Positions 40,947 through 50,925 of a stretch of DNA of 64,000 nt are shown here, piece after piece (the stretch's first letter is position 1; each line of letters begins with the position of its first letter). Origin of the DNA: an uncultured archaeon (lineage in GTDB: Archaea; Thermoproteota; Nitrososphaeria; Nitrososphaerales; Gagatemarchaeaceae); assembly GCA_963817525.1 (NCBI GenBank), contig CAWFOU010000001.1:480001-544000 (forward strand), written 5' to 3'. Under the pieces are notes generated by a model. It saw only the letters and a program-made list of their open reading frames with translations, had not been told where the DNA came from and did no database searches. The translations under genes and the position numbers were made by a program.

Positions 40947-41480
40947 TTGAAGGACAGGGATTCCCTGGCGGACGAGTTCGCCGACTCTTCGGGCAGCATA
41001 GTCAACGACCTGAACTCCCTCCAGAGCGAGTTCGCACAGCTCTCGGAGCTCGACGAGATGGAGCGCAACTACACGCGGAAGCTCATAGAGTCCCTCAAGA
41101 TGCTCCAGTCCGAGGTCGACGCGGCGATGCCGCTGAAGAAGGAGAGCCTCGGTCCGGCGTATTCGAACGCCAAGGAGGCATACCTGGCCTCCGATTGTGT
41201 CGTGGTCATAATGGGCATGGACGACAGCAAGACGTCCATCCCACTAGCAAAGTTCGAGCCGAAGTACGTGCTTTCGATCGTGAAGGAGGCGACGCCCGCA
41301 CTGGCGGCCATAATCTCGGAGCGCAGGAAGGACGTCGGGTCCAGGGTCGACCTGCTCGAGAGGATCCTGAAGGAGGTCAAGAAGGCGGGCAACATGGCCA
41401 AGCAGACAGAGAGGGTCGAGCGGGGCGCGCCCCAGGCGCCTGTGGAAGACCTAGTCCAAAACTCAATAACGAGCGAGTAA
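40947..41480 (+). CDS. Hypothetical coiled-coil protein (helix-beta-helix)
   Basis: Typical codon usage; heptads at both ends around a central beta segment. Confidence 0.75.
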   Translation: MKDRDSLADEFADSSGSIVNDLNSLQSEFAQLSELDEMERNYTRKLIESLKMLQSEVDAAMPLKKESLGPAYSNAKEAYLASDCVVVIMGMDDSKTSIPLAKFEPKYVLSIVKEATPALAAIISERRKDVGSRVDLLERILKEVKKAGNMAKQTERVERGAPQAPVEDLVQNSITSE

Positions 41481-41498
41481 GCAGGCGGGGACGCGCAA

Positions 41499-42008
41499 TT
41501 GTCCCAGCGACGACCAGACCTCTCCACGGGCTTGATGAAGTTCTACACGCAGGCCGAGATCATCAAGTACATGAAGGAGGTGGCCGAATACTACCAAAAA
41601 GAGGCGGAGAAGTACGGGGACAAGCTCGGCGGCATGCTAAGGACGGGACCCGGCGAGGCCGCAAAGGAGGAGAAGAAGCAGGACAAGGGGGATAAGAAGA
41701 ACGACCAGAAGGGCAAGCCCAGCGGTGGAGGCGGATGGGTGAAGATGGGAACCCTCATGTTGAACACGGCCAACACCGGACCTGCCTCGACCGAGGTGAT
41801 GTACCAGATCCACGAGGACCTCAAGCTGAAGCTGGCGAGGACTAACGAGGCGCTAAAGTCGTTCGAGATGAACGCCAGCACCCTGATACCCCAGAACGCG
41901 GTCTTCCAGCTCTACGTGCGCAACGGGGTGCCAGAGCGCATAATCGTCGAGGCGGAGGAGGCAAAGAAGGCCGCCTTCAACTTCGACGGCAAGTTCAGGG
42001 TCGTCTAG
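41499..42008 (+). CDS. Hypothetical coiled-coil protein
   Basis: Operonic with the previous gene; typical codon usage. Confidence 0.75.
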   Translation: MSQRRPDLSTGLMKFYTQAEIIKYMKEVAEYYQKEAEKYGDKLGGMLRTGPGEAAKEEKKQDKGDKKNDQKGKPSGGGGWVKMGTLMLNTANTGPASTEVMYQIHEDLKLKLARTNEALKSFEMNASTLIPQNAVFQLYVRNGVPERIIVEAEEAKKAAFNFDGKFRVV

Positions 42009-42199
42009 GGGCCTTTTCGCCTTTGGACCCCTATAACCCTCCCAGGCCAGAAATCGGACCAAAGGCCCGCGCGTCTCCTAGAATCCGACATCATCGCAAC
42101 TTGCTCGTCCGGAGGGAGACCCTCGAGGATCCCCACGGACAAGAGATTGCCCGCTGAAACCTTATATCCGATTGGTTCCTGCTATCGGAATGACACATC

Positions 42200-42442
42200 A
42201 TGTCGGAAGAAGTTCTTCATGTCGGAAAGAAGGGAGAGATATACACCGACGAAAGGCTGCGCAAAGCTGCCGGGATAATCAAAGGCGGTCGCGTCAGAGC
42301 GACCGCGACCAAAGGACGGCTGGTCATAGAGCCGCTCCCGTCGTTGGAGGACCTCCTCAAGGGGCTCATGGTTACGGTCAGCCCTGAGGAGGCAGAACGA
42401 CTCAGCGAGGACGCCCAAAAGGAGGAGGGGCTCTTTGGTTGA
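42200..42442 (+). CDS. AbrB/MazE-type antitoxin
   Basis: VGKKGEIYTDERLRKAAGI...GRLVIEPL; overlaps the PIN gene. Confidence 0.82.
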   Translation: MSEEVLHVGKKGEIYTDERLRKAAGIIKGGRVRATATKGRLVIEPLPSLEDLLKGLMVTVSPEEAERLSEDAQKEEGLFG

Positions 42443-42899
42443 TATGCTGCTCGACACGACGTACCTGCTTCCCGCTTTCGGGGTCGCGGTGCGGCTGAAG
42501 GGATTCGAGGAGCGATTCCCGAAGCTACTGGAGAGATACTCGGTCAGCTACAACCCCATAAGCATAGTGGAGGTGAAGTGGATAGTCCTCAGACTCGCCC
42601 GTGAACGGGCGGCGGATCGGGACAGCCTTCTAGAGAGGTACAGGCTGGGGTTGAGGGTCATCCTCGAGGACGAAAGGCTGGCGCAGTCGAGCTTGACTAG
42701 CGAAGCAGTCGAGCGCATAGCGGACGGGCTCCTGGTCGAAAGCGGCGCCAAGGACTACTTCGACAGGACGATCTACGCCACGGCGTGCGCGAGCGACAGC
42801 GTTCTGCTCACGGAGGACGAGGAGCTGCGGGCGCTCAAGGCTAAGGAAGCAGCCCCTAGACCTAGCGACATCCTCGCCTGGAAGGACCTTGAACACTAG
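42435..42899 (+). CDS. vapC: PIN-domain toxin
   Basis: LLDTTYLLP, SIVE, DYFDRTIYATA and LLTED. Confidence 0.87.
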   Translation: MVDMLLDTTYLLPAFGVAVRLKGFEERFPKLLERYSVSYNPISIVEVKWIVLRLARERAADRDSLLERYRLGLRVILEDERLAQSSLTSEAVERIADGLLVESGAKDYFDRTIYATACASDSVLLTEDEELRALKAKEAAPRPSDILAWKDLEH

Positions 42900-43017
42900 A
42901 AGCTGTAGGAGAGCTCGAGGTGCGACTTTGCGAACGTCTTCATCATCTCGTAGGGCATGCTGAGGACGCAGTTCAAGGGGAAGAATATGCTTTGTTGCGA
43001 CGCTGTCCACGCTCACC
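42896..43017 (-). repeat. Degenerate duplicate of the 3' end of the VWA gene (43931..44051)
   Basis: First about 80 bp differ at only about 3 positions, then the match decays. Confidence 0.9.
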
Positions 43018-43095
43018 GGGTAAGTGTCGACTTTTACCCTTCATGATGTCATCTAGAGCTTTTCCGACCCGCGGCCTTTGGGCGGCCGCAATCCT

Positions 43096-43572
43096 TCATG
43101 GCACGGGGGTCCTGGTTGTCCGGCTTTCCGTGGCGAAGGGGTTCACGACCTTCACCCAGGGGATCTTCCTAAAGTCCTTCTCATTTTCAGTGTAGAGCGT
43201 GCCGACCCCGGCTTCCTTCATCGTCTCGGCTATCATGATGTCCCAGAACGACGTGTTTATCGTTCGCAGGTCTTCCAGGGCGTGTTTTACTGTGAGATGG
43301 CTGTAGTTCAGCTTTCCCCACTTTGGAGAGTCCACGAAGGCGTCCACTATCAGGCTTGCTTCCTCCTTCGGCAAGGGCTTGGCGACGTTTCTTGTCAAGA
43401 CCACGTAGAGCTCGCCAAGAACCTGGCTGGAGACGCAGTAGGGCGACTCCCCCTCAAAACCAGACCTCACGAGTCTCTCGCAGATCTTCCTTCGCTTCGG
43501 GTCGCTCTTGTCGTAGGCGTATGCAAGGATGTTGGTGTCGAGGACTGCGCGTTTGTCTCCTTCATCGCTCAT
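43096..43572 (-). CDS. vapC: PIN-domain toxin
   Basis: VLDTNILAYA, SSQVLGE, SFWDIMI and LYTEN. Confidence 0.9.
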   Translation of the reverse strand: MSDEGDKRAVLDTNILAYAYDKSDPKRRKICERLVRSGFEGESPYCVSSQVLGELYVVLTRNVAKPLPKEEASLIVDAFVDSPKWGKLNYSHLTVKHALEDLRTINTSFWDIMIAETMKEAGVGTLYTENEKDFRKIPWVKVVNPFATESRTTRTPVP

Positions 43573-43807
43573 GAAGCTCGTCTCGATGCCCGTACTTTAT
43601 CCCGCCCATGTCAACTCCACGTTCCAGGAGCGCCATGGCCGCGGCGACCGTGTCCGCCCCTTCCATCTCTTTCGTCCACTTCTCCATGGCGTCCGTCAGC
43701 GCCCTGCCAAGGTATCCCTTCTTGCTGCCCTGCGCAAGTCTCGCCACCTTCCTGAACCTTCTCTCGACCTCGGCGTTGACGCTGAAGGTGAGGGTCTTCG
43801 TTGCCAT
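43562..43807 (-). CDS. Antitoxin (RHH-like)
   Basis: KTLTFSVNAEVERRFRK...RDELHER; upstream of and overlapping the PIN gene. Confidence 0.8.
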   Translation of the reverse strand: MATKTLTFSVNAEVERRFRKVARLAQGSKKGYLGRALTDAMEKWTKEMEGADTVAAAMALLERGVDMGGIKYGHRDELHER

Positions 43808-43930
43808 GCAATGTATTTAGAACTTATATTATTTAAATCTTATAAGATGTAAGTAGAACCCTTATGCAAGCCTCCGCGCCTCTCGACCGCAGGGCGCGAG
43901 GATTGGAAGGCCGCGACGATGGGTCTCGCT

Positions 43931-45640
43931 CTAGAAGCTGTAGGACAGCTCGAGGTACGACTTTGCGAACGTCTTCATCATCTCGTAGGGCGTGCTGAGG
44001 ACGCAGTTCACCGGGAAGAACTGCTTTATCGCGCCGCTGTCCACGCCCACCCCCATGAGGTAGATGTCCGACTTGCCGAAGGTCTTGATCACGGATATCA
44101 GCTTCTTGTCGATGTCGTTGTATCCCGACGGGTACCCGTCGGAGACCACCACGAGGATGCGCACGCCGGCCTCCCTCGTGCTCAGGGCCTTGTGCGCGAC
44201 CTGGAGGGCGTCGGGAAGGAGGGTCGTGCTCCTCTGGGTGAGACCCCCGATCCTGCCCTTCGTGGTCATGTCGTAGTTCTCGCTAAAGTCCTTTATCACC
44301 TGGATCGAGTTGTTGAACGACAGCATCGCCCACTGGGTCCGCTGCCTCATCAGCTTCGTCGCGACCTCCGCGAGGCAGGTCGCTATCCCCCTGGTCTCCT
44401 GGGCGAAGGACGAGATGCTCTTGCTCGCGTCGATGAGTATCACCCACGCCTCGTCCTTGTACATGGGCTGGAGCTGCTCGAAGACGTCGGTCCTCGGGGA
44501 CTCCGTCGCCATCACCTGCATGACCGCCTGGGTGTCGAGCTGCGCGCCCGCGTCGTGTCCCGAGACGTCGTCCAGGACGTTCTTCACCATCATGAGCTGG
44601 TCCCTCACGTTCTTGATCGGCCCGGCCAGCTCGCTCCTCACCCGCTGGAAGGTGGCGAAGTCGCCCGGCGGGAACTCGATCCCGTCGAGCCTGGTGGGCG
44701 CTATCAGTCCCTCGTAGTAGGCCCTGATCTTGTCCGTCCTGGCGAGCGCGGCCTCTTCACTGGTCAGGACCTCTCGGGCTTCGGACAGGAATATCGAGTC
44801 GTTCGCCGTCGTGTCCTCGCTAAGACCCACCCTCGCGAGGGCGGACCTGAGCAACGAGTCGCTGACGCTCTGGTCGCGCTCTAGCAGCTTACCGTCGAAC
44901 AGGTCGCAGGGCCCGTGCGCCTCGGTGAAGGGGAAGTAGGGGATCTCGGAGAGCTGACCGCGGGAGCTGACCGCGGAGTAGACCTCCTGGGCGGCCTTCG
45001 CGAGGAGCTGCTTCTTCTCCGGCGCCCTGTCCTTCGCGTACTCCTCCACGTCGATCCTCACGCACTCGTCCACTCCGGCCACTTCCGTGTCCTCTTCCCG
45101 GGCCAGCCTGTCCCCGCTGGACTTGAAAACCCCTGCCGAGCTCAGGAGGAGCTTGGTCGCGACGCGGAGGGCGGAGTTGTCGATGCCCTCGGGGTCTGCC
45201 AGGCGCAGCGCGGAGATGTGGCTCGCGTAGGCCAGGTCGGCGAGGACTCCGCCCCACTTTAGCTTCGCCTCTGTGACGATGTGGACGTCCTCGACCAAGG
45301 ATACGGCGAAGGTCGCCGCGCCCACGTCCTTGCCCTTCGCCCAGGCCGCGTACCCCCTAAAGTCCGAGAAGGCGGCGTGGAGGGAAAGGTGGAAGACCGA
45401 CGCCCGAAAGTTGCGCCAGGTCGACTCCCAGCCTTTGGAGTCCTGGTCGGCGTAGAGGCCCTGGACCTGGTAGAACTTCTCTTCGACGATCCTGGGCGGC
45501 GGGAGCTTGACCACCAGGCCCCTGTTGTCGGCGGAGAGGACCGGGAACTTCAGGCCCTCATCGAGGATGAGCCTGAAGGTGTCGTAGTCGCGCTGCGCTA
45601 TGCTGGTCGCAGTGTTCCAAGCGTAGTCAAGGGTGTTCAG
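43931..45640 (-). CDS. VWA-domain protein (NorD/CbbO-like partner of the AAA+ ATPase)
   Basis: ILIDASKS MIDAS, TLLPDAL and VVSDGYP; frame is open 42 codons upstream of GTG 45514 to a CTG at 45640. Confidence 0.87.
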   Translation of the reverse strand: MNTLDYAWNTATSIAQRDYDTFRLILDEGLKFPVLSADNRGLVVKLPPPRIVEEKFYQVQGLYADQDSKGWESTWRNFRASVFHLSLHAAFSDFRGYAAWAKGKDVGAATFAVSLVEDVHIVTEAKLKWGGVLADLAYASHISALRLADPEGIDNSALRVATKLLLSSAGVFKSSGDRLAREEDTEVAGVDECVRIDVEEYAKDRAPEKKQLLAKAAQEVYSAVSSRGQLSEIPYFPFTEAHGPCDLFDGKLLERDQSVSDSLLRSALARVGLSEDTTANDSIFLSEAREVLTSEEAALARTDKIRAYYEGLIAPTRLDGIEFPPGDFATFQRVRSELAGPIKNVRDQLMMVKNVLDDVSGHDAGAQLDTQAVMQVMATESPRTDVFEQLQPMYKDEAWVILIDASKSISSFAQETRGIATCLAEVATKLMRQRTQWAMLSFNNSIQVIKDFSENYDMTTKGRIGGLTQRSTTLLPDALQVAHKALSTREAGVRILVVVSDGYPSGYNDIDKKLISVIKTFGKSDIYLMGVGVDSGAIKQFFPVNCVLSTPYEMMKTFAKSYLELSYSF

Positions 45641-48062
45641 TCTTCTCTACCGGCTTCTTGCTCTCTCCGCCGCCGAACACCAGCGAGCATATCCTCCTCA
45701 CGATCTGCTGTATCTCGGCGTCGTCGGAGGTAAGCGCGACGAGGGTCTCGTCTGCGGCCGCCTTGGGGTCGAGGCCGTCGGCGATGAGGGTCGACCAGTT
45801 TAGAAGGTCTCCGACGGACGGGCCGTACGGGAGGTCGCCGCTCTTGTACCTCTTCCTGCACTCCGCCCCGACCCGGATCACCTTCTCCGCGATGTCCAGA
45901 GGTATCTTCGCCCGCTCCGCGAGCATCTTGACTTCCCTTGCAGATATCCTCGTCCCCACGCTCAGGTAGTCGAAGTCAATCCAGACGCTCATGCGGCGCC
46001 TGAAGGCCGCGTTGAGGGGCTTGGTGCCCGAGAACTCCGAGGAGAAGGGGTTCATGCTGATGACCACGTAGCCGAACGGGTGCCTCGGGATGACCTCGTT
46101 GTCCTTCTCGTTGAGGACCATGTGCCCTCTCGTGTCGAGGACGGGGTTGAGCCTGGTCGCGATGTCCTGCTTCATCATGTTCGCCTCGTCCAGGTAGAGT
46201 ATCCCGCCGTATCTCATCCATGAGACTATCGTCCCGTCGATCCAGTTGTCCTTGCCGAGGCCAACGAACCTCCCGAACATGTCGTAGACGGAGGTCTGGA
46301 GGCCGCAGTTGATCTCCCAGAGGGGGAGGCCCGCGATCTGGGCGACCAGGTAGACGATGTGGGTGTTGTGGGTAAGGACCCCGCCGAATCCCGCGGCAAA
46401 CGTCTCCGTCCCCGGAACCTGGAAGTCGTAGACCCAGCCGTCGTACGGGGTCTGCTCGACCCGCTTGACCGTGTCCCAGAGGACGTTCGACTCGGCCGTG
46501 CTGGCTAGCTCAGGGGACCTCAGGTCGCTTGCGATCCTTGCGAGGGTCCGGAGCCCAATCATTCCGGTTCTAGGATAGAGGGTCGATACCGTCCTCTTGT
46601 AATAGGCCTTGTTCTTGAATTCGCTGGGAAGTTTCCCGTATGCCCTCTTGGCGATTGAGAGCATCTCAGGGGTCACCTTGACCTTCTCAACGTGTCCTCT
46701 ATTGTCCGTCGCGCTAGTGAGCCCCGTGATTTTCACGCCGAGCTTCGCGGCCCCGTCCCTCGCCATCACGATAGAGTATGCGGTGGCGCCCTTGGTCTTT
46801 CTCACCCTGACCGTCGGGAAGATGTCGAGCTGCTCGCACAGCACCAAGAGCCCGTTTGCGAGCTCCCTGCTCGAGGTGCCAAGCAGTACCTCCGACCCCT
46901 CTTCTTCCCAACCGTCACCCTCCAGGAAGCCTCTGAGGAACGCAATCTTCGAGGCGTCGGACATGGCGAAGACAAAGCCGGGGACCTTCTTGTATCTGGC
47001 TTGCGACCCCTTCCCGGTGCCGACGCGCATGCTGACGGTAGCCAGGGAAAGCATCGAAACGAACGCCTTGCTGAACACCCGAAGCTCTGTCTGCCCCCTT
47101 TGCACTCTGGTCGAAGTCCGCAGACCCATCGAGCTGAGCAGCTTCGAGCACCTTTCGACCACCGAAGCCTCCTTCTGGTAGATTGACGCGAAGCCCTTGC
47201 CGTTGTAGCCCTCCGCGACGAAGAACCCCAAGAACCAGGAGAACTCTTCGGTGAGCGCGATTATTGGCGGCGCGGGAACTTGCAGGTCTTCCCTCGCTCC
47301 CACGACCACCCCCCCTTCCGTCAGCTTGGCACCGGGAACCAAGTCGGCCACTGCGATTTCCTCGAGCGGCGCGACTTCGATCTTGGGTATCCGGCGCATG
47401 ACCGGGATCATTGTTCCCGGCCTTACACGTCCGGCCTTCACTTCTTCCCCATCGGTGATGAAGGAATGCTCGGGGGTAGCCCTTATCGTCCGGTTCCTGG
47501 AAGTCGTGACCTCGACGACCGCCCCCTTGTAAGTCGAGCGCGCCAGCGCGTGGGCCCTCTTCCAGCAGGCACCGCCCGTAAGCCTGTCAATCGAGAGAAC
47601 CTTGAGGTCCACACCTGCGAGCACGATGGTCTCCCAGCCGTCCTCATGGAGCCCCACGGGGAGTCTTTGCCCGAGCTCCGCGAAAAGCGAATCGACCGTC
47701 GTAAGCCTGGGCTTGCCCTCCAAGAGCACAAAGACGGGTTCGCCCTGGCATACGCTCTTGCCCGTCCCCGATGGCCCGATCAGCGCGGTCTGCCTGAAGT
47801 AGTAGAGAGCGCGCATTATCCTTCCTACATAGCCCTCGCCTTCGTCCACATAGTCGGGGACGTTGCTGGGAATCATGCTCTTGAGCGCCTCCGGCACTGG
47901 ATACCCGACCCCCAAGTCGTACTTCGACACGGAGTACCTGTCCTTGAGAGACTGCTGACCGGTCCGGGGGGTGACGGAGAGCTTCACCGACAGGCGGGCC
48001 CCTTGCCCTTCGGAAGACGTGGTAATCGTCGTCTTGGAGATTTTATCGCTAGAATGACTCAA
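45627..48062 (-). CDS. MoxR/CbbQ/NorQ-family AAA+ ATPase containing an intein
   Basis: GPSGTGK|T Walker A split by the intein; ILYLDEANM, VISMNP and LNAAFRRR. Confidence 0.92.
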   Translation of the reverse strand: MSHSSDKISKTTITTSSEGQGARLSVKLSVTPRTGQQSLKDRYSVSKYDLGVGYPVPEALKSMIPSNVPDYVDEGEGYVGRIMRALYYFRQTALIGPSGTGKSVCQGEPVFVLLEGKPRLTTVDSLFAELGQRLPVGLHEDGWETIVLAGVDLKVLSIDRLTGGACWKRAHALARSTYKGAVVEVTTSRNRTIRATPEHSFITDGEEVKAGRVRPGTMIPVMRRIPKIEVAPLEEIAVADLVPGAKLTEGGVVVGAREDLQVPAPPIIALTEEFSWFLGFFVAEGYNGKGFASIYQKEASVVERCSKLLSSMGLRTSTRVQRGQTELRVFSKAFVSMLSLATVSMRVGTGKGSQARYKKVPGFVFAMSDASKIAFLRGFLEGDGWEEEGSEVLLGTSSRELANGLLVLCEQLDIFPTVRVRKTKGATAYSIVMARDGAAKLGVKITGLTSATDNRGHVEKVKVTPEMLSIAKRAYGKLPSEFKNKAYYKRTVSTLYPRTGMIGLRTLARIASDLRSPELASTAESNVLWDTVKRVEQTPYDGWVYDFQVPGTETFAAGFGGVLTHNTHIVYLVAQIAGLPLWEINCGLQTSVYDMFGRFVGLGKDNWIDGTIVSWMRYGGILYLDEANMMKQDIATRLNPVLDTRGHMVLNEKDNEVIPRHPFGYVVISMNPFSSEFSGTKPLNAAFRRRMSVWIDFDYLSVGTRISAREVKMLAERAKIPLDIAEKVIRVGAECRKRYKSGDLPYGPSVGDLLNWSTLIADGLDPKAAADETLVALTSDDAEIQQIVRRICSLVFGGGESKKPVEKTEHP
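46365..47756 (-). mobile_element. Intein (464 aa) with LAGLIDADG homing endonuclease
   Basis: Begins SVCQGEPV; block B IRATPEHSF; LGFFVAEG and FLRGFLEGDG; ends VYDFQVPGTETFAAGFGGVLTHN with +1 Thr. Confidence 0.95.
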
Positions 48063-48190
48063 TGAGGATGAAAAAACGTGCAGAAGTTCTAATTAAATGG
48101 TTATGAATTCACAGTTCATAATCGTGGTTCGTATATCCTTAAATTGACTCAGCTCTCGTTCCTCCAACGGACGCGTAGGTCATATTTTCA

Positions 48191-48625
48191 ATGGTAGAAG
48201 TCGAAGTTCTCGTCAAGAATGTAGAGGCGAACCGGCTCAGCGACGAGGCCAAAGACGACACCAGCGTGACCTTCGACGTCGCCGCTTCTCTGACGGAGGT
48301 CGACCATCAGGCGGGTCAGTTCACCCTAAAGTACAGCATAGCGATAACTTCCCAGCCTCCCGTCGCAAGGATGGACGTCTCGGGGACCGCCAGGATAACG
48401 GGAGAGGAACCAGACATCCAGGAGCTCTTGAAGGCCGCCGAGGGAAACAACCCGCCTCCTGTGTTCATGAGCATCTACCAGAAGGTGTATGCGATACTCT
48501 ACCTCTTGTCGGGGTCGCTTAAGATCCCCTACCCCTCGCCCGGACTGATGAAGGTCGTCAAGATGGCCTCCCCCGGAGAGGTGGGCTCCGTCAAAGAAGA
48601 GAAGCCGCCCGCGATATCGGCCTAG
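48191..48625 (+). CDS. Hypothetical protein, possible SecB-like fold
   Basis: Four beta strands followed by a helix and PYPSP; paralog of 48707..49210. Confidence 0.7.
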   Translation: MVEVEVLVKNVEANRLSDEAKDDTSVTFDVAASLTEVDHQAGQFTLKYSIAITSQPPVARMDVSGTARITGEEPDIQELLKAAEGNNPPPVFMSIYQKVYAILYLLSGSLKIPYPSPGLMKVVKMASPGEVGSVKEEKPPAISA

Positions 48626-48706
48626 AGCCCTGGCGCGGAACCAGCGGCTGTTAGCATTCTGTAGGTCAGCTTAGACTGGAAGCGGCTGAGAATATCTAGA
48701 GCCCGG

Positions 48707-49210
48707 CTAGTGCGCTACCGGGGCGACTGTCTCGACCCGCGGTTCAACTTGCTGGGCGGCCCCAGCGGACTCCGCGACCTCGCCTGCGACCATGTGGACG
48801 TCCCGAATCAGGAGGGGGGAAGGAGCTATGAGGTCTGCGGTCTGGAAGGTAAGGTAGAGAGTCTCGTAGTTCTTGGCGTATATCTGCATCGCGATCTCGG
48901 AGATCTTGCCCTCGCCGAGCGCCTGCAGGTCGGTCACCGCGCTTATCGCCGGGCTCGTTATCGTGACCTCTCCCGAGAGCTCTGCCCGCTCCACGGCGGG
49001 GTTCGCGTCGAGGTAGAGGGTGTACTTCAACCGGAGCCTTCCCTTCACCGTCTCGATCTCCTTGATCTCCGCGCCCAAGTCGAAAGTGACCTTGGGCATC
49101 GCCGCCGTGTGTCCCAGAATCAGCTTGGCCACCTTCACCTTGGTCAGGGTGCAATGCAAGTCGCTCAGGTCGAGTTGGAAGGGCGCATCCCTGTTGCTGT
49201 GCATCATCAC
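48707..49210 (-). CDS. Hypothetical protein, possible SecB-like fold
   Basis: VTFDL..LKY..P.V.R.ELSG...IY.KNY..LYL...PSP shared with the convergent neighbour. Confidence 0.7.
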   Translation of the reverse strand: MMMHSNRDAPFQLDLSDLHCTLTKVKVAKLILGHTAAMPKVTFDLGAEIKEIETVKGRLRLKYTLYLDANPAVERAELSGEVTITSPAISAVTDLQALGEGKISEIAMQIYAKNYETLYLTFQTADLIAPSPLLIRDVHMVAGEVAESAGAAQQVEPRVETVAPVAH

Positions 49211-49462
49211 TGTATGAAGGGCGAAAACAGTTAAGCGATTTCGGGTTTAATCAGGATCTGGCCACCCCGCCTTCTGGAAGACGGCAACCTGATCTGGGCC
49301 GCAGGACGCCCAGACGCCTGGGCCGGCAGTCGCCATCGAACGCGTCAGCGTGCAAGTTCAAGCCGTCTTTTGTGGTTAGAAAAATTGGAAGGGAGGAGTC
49401 TTCCTCCTCCCCCTTCTTGCCTATGCTTCGTTTCAGCTACTGATGCAATCTGTCTGCTGAAG

Positions 49463-50434
49463 TCAGTTGTGGCCGTCGTTGCCGCTTTGAGCGACTGTGG
49501 CTGTGATCGATGTGCTGAAGGATACCGCGGGTGTGCCCCATGTGGTCGTGTAGCTGCCAGATATCGAGCCGGCCGTGAAGGTCCCGGTCGATTGGAAGCC
49601 CGTTAAGGTGCACGTCCCCTCGACACCCGTCGTGTATGAGGAGCAGTCCGAGGTTGGAAGGCGCTGGTGCCGGGATGGTTGACTGGCCTGTGTAGTTCCC
49701 GTTCGCGTTCAGAGACGAAGGCGTCATGCCTGTGAAGGACATGCTGCCCGAGTCCCGAGCCGTGCCTGCGACTAGGTTCTCCAGCTCGGCCCCGTTGAGG
49801 GTCATGGTGCCGGAAACTGCCTTGCCGCTTAGGGTGCCGACGAGCGGCCCCGGTCACCTGCGAGCCTAACCAGAGGATTGTCCCCTGATTGTAGGTCGCC
49901 ACGATGCCGATGTAGCCGTCATTGGACCCAATGACTATGGGGGCTCCGAACGGATTGAAGTATGGGTTCTCGATGTTGATTGACTCTGGGATGGTTTGTG
50001 TCTGGCGCCCGATCGTCACCTGGACGTTCGAGGTGTCCGTCACGAAGTAGAACGGGACTTCGCTGTTCCCGATTACTGCTCCGGGGACGCTGCCGACGAT
50101 GTTGAAGTTGCCCCTCATGGTGATGGGCACTCCTCCCATGGTCGTCCCGCTCAGGGTGAGGCTCGCGTAGCCTCTGGTCGTGAGCCCGGTCTGCGTCGCT
50201 ATCAGGTTGTACTGAAGCGTCGCTCCCGGATTAAACGATCTGCCCGAGGACTTCGGCGTAGCCGACGACCCCGCCGCTGACGTTGTAGATTTGGGTGCCA
50301 AGGTTGGTTACTCCCCCGGCTGGGATTGTCATGTTGAGGGTGCGTGGCGAGCTCGCGAAGGCCGCGGATGTCCCGCCGAGTAGGAATAGGATGGCGATGG
50401 ATGTCAGTGCTGTTCTGCGTACGTATGTCTTCAT
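49463..50434 (-). CDS. Secreted beta-rich protein (frameshifts near 50235, 49820 and 49650)
   Basis: Signal peptide MKTYVRRTALTSIAILFLLGGTSAAFA; Thr/Gly/Ser-rich pieces continue across frames. Confidence 0.65.
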
Positions 50435-50544
50435 TACTGGGCTGTGCGCTCCCGTCGAGGTATATCGATTCTTGGCGAAATCCAGAAGAAATCGGGGCGC
50501 CCCCAGCTTGACGCCTAGACGGCAGCCTTGTCGGCAGAACAGCG

Positions 50545-50925
50545 CTACTTTAGCTCTTCCAGCGGATTGGGGATGGCACCAGTCCTCGTCTCCATTTGCT
50601 TCTTCAATTTGACTCCTTTGACGTAGCCGCCCCATATCTCGGCAAACCTGGCAGTCCCGATGGCGAAGATGGACACGGATGCGAAGAGGGTGGCATCCCT
50701 GATCCCGCTCGTCTGTATCGAGACATCGCCCATGTAGTCGAAATAGGCGCCCTCGACCACCCACATCGCGAAGAAGAAACCCGCCATGCAGATCGGGATC
50801 CATTCGTACCTTAGCATGCTGAGCTCTTCGATGTTGTAGATCTGGTGGAGAGTCCTGACGAGATAGTAGCCGGGAGCGAGACAGGTTCCCGCGAGCAAAA
50901 CGTCAAAAAACGCGTTAAGATTCAA
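50545..50925 (-). CDS. Small multi-TM membrane protein
   Basis: About 3 hydrophobic helices; downstream of a KaiC-like gene. Confidence 0.7.
   Translation of the reverse strand: MNLNAFFDVLLAGTCLAPGYYLVRTLHQIYNIEELSMLRYEWIPICMAGFFFAMWVVEGAYFDYMGDVSIQTSGIRDATLFASVSIFAIGTARFAEIWGGYVKGVKLKKQMETRTGAIPNPLEELK

Noticed and set aside
43931-48062. Gas vesicle (gvpN), nitric oxide reductase or RuBisCO activase locus
   Set aside because: No gvpA, norBC or cbbL-like genes in the window; only family-level similarity is supported.
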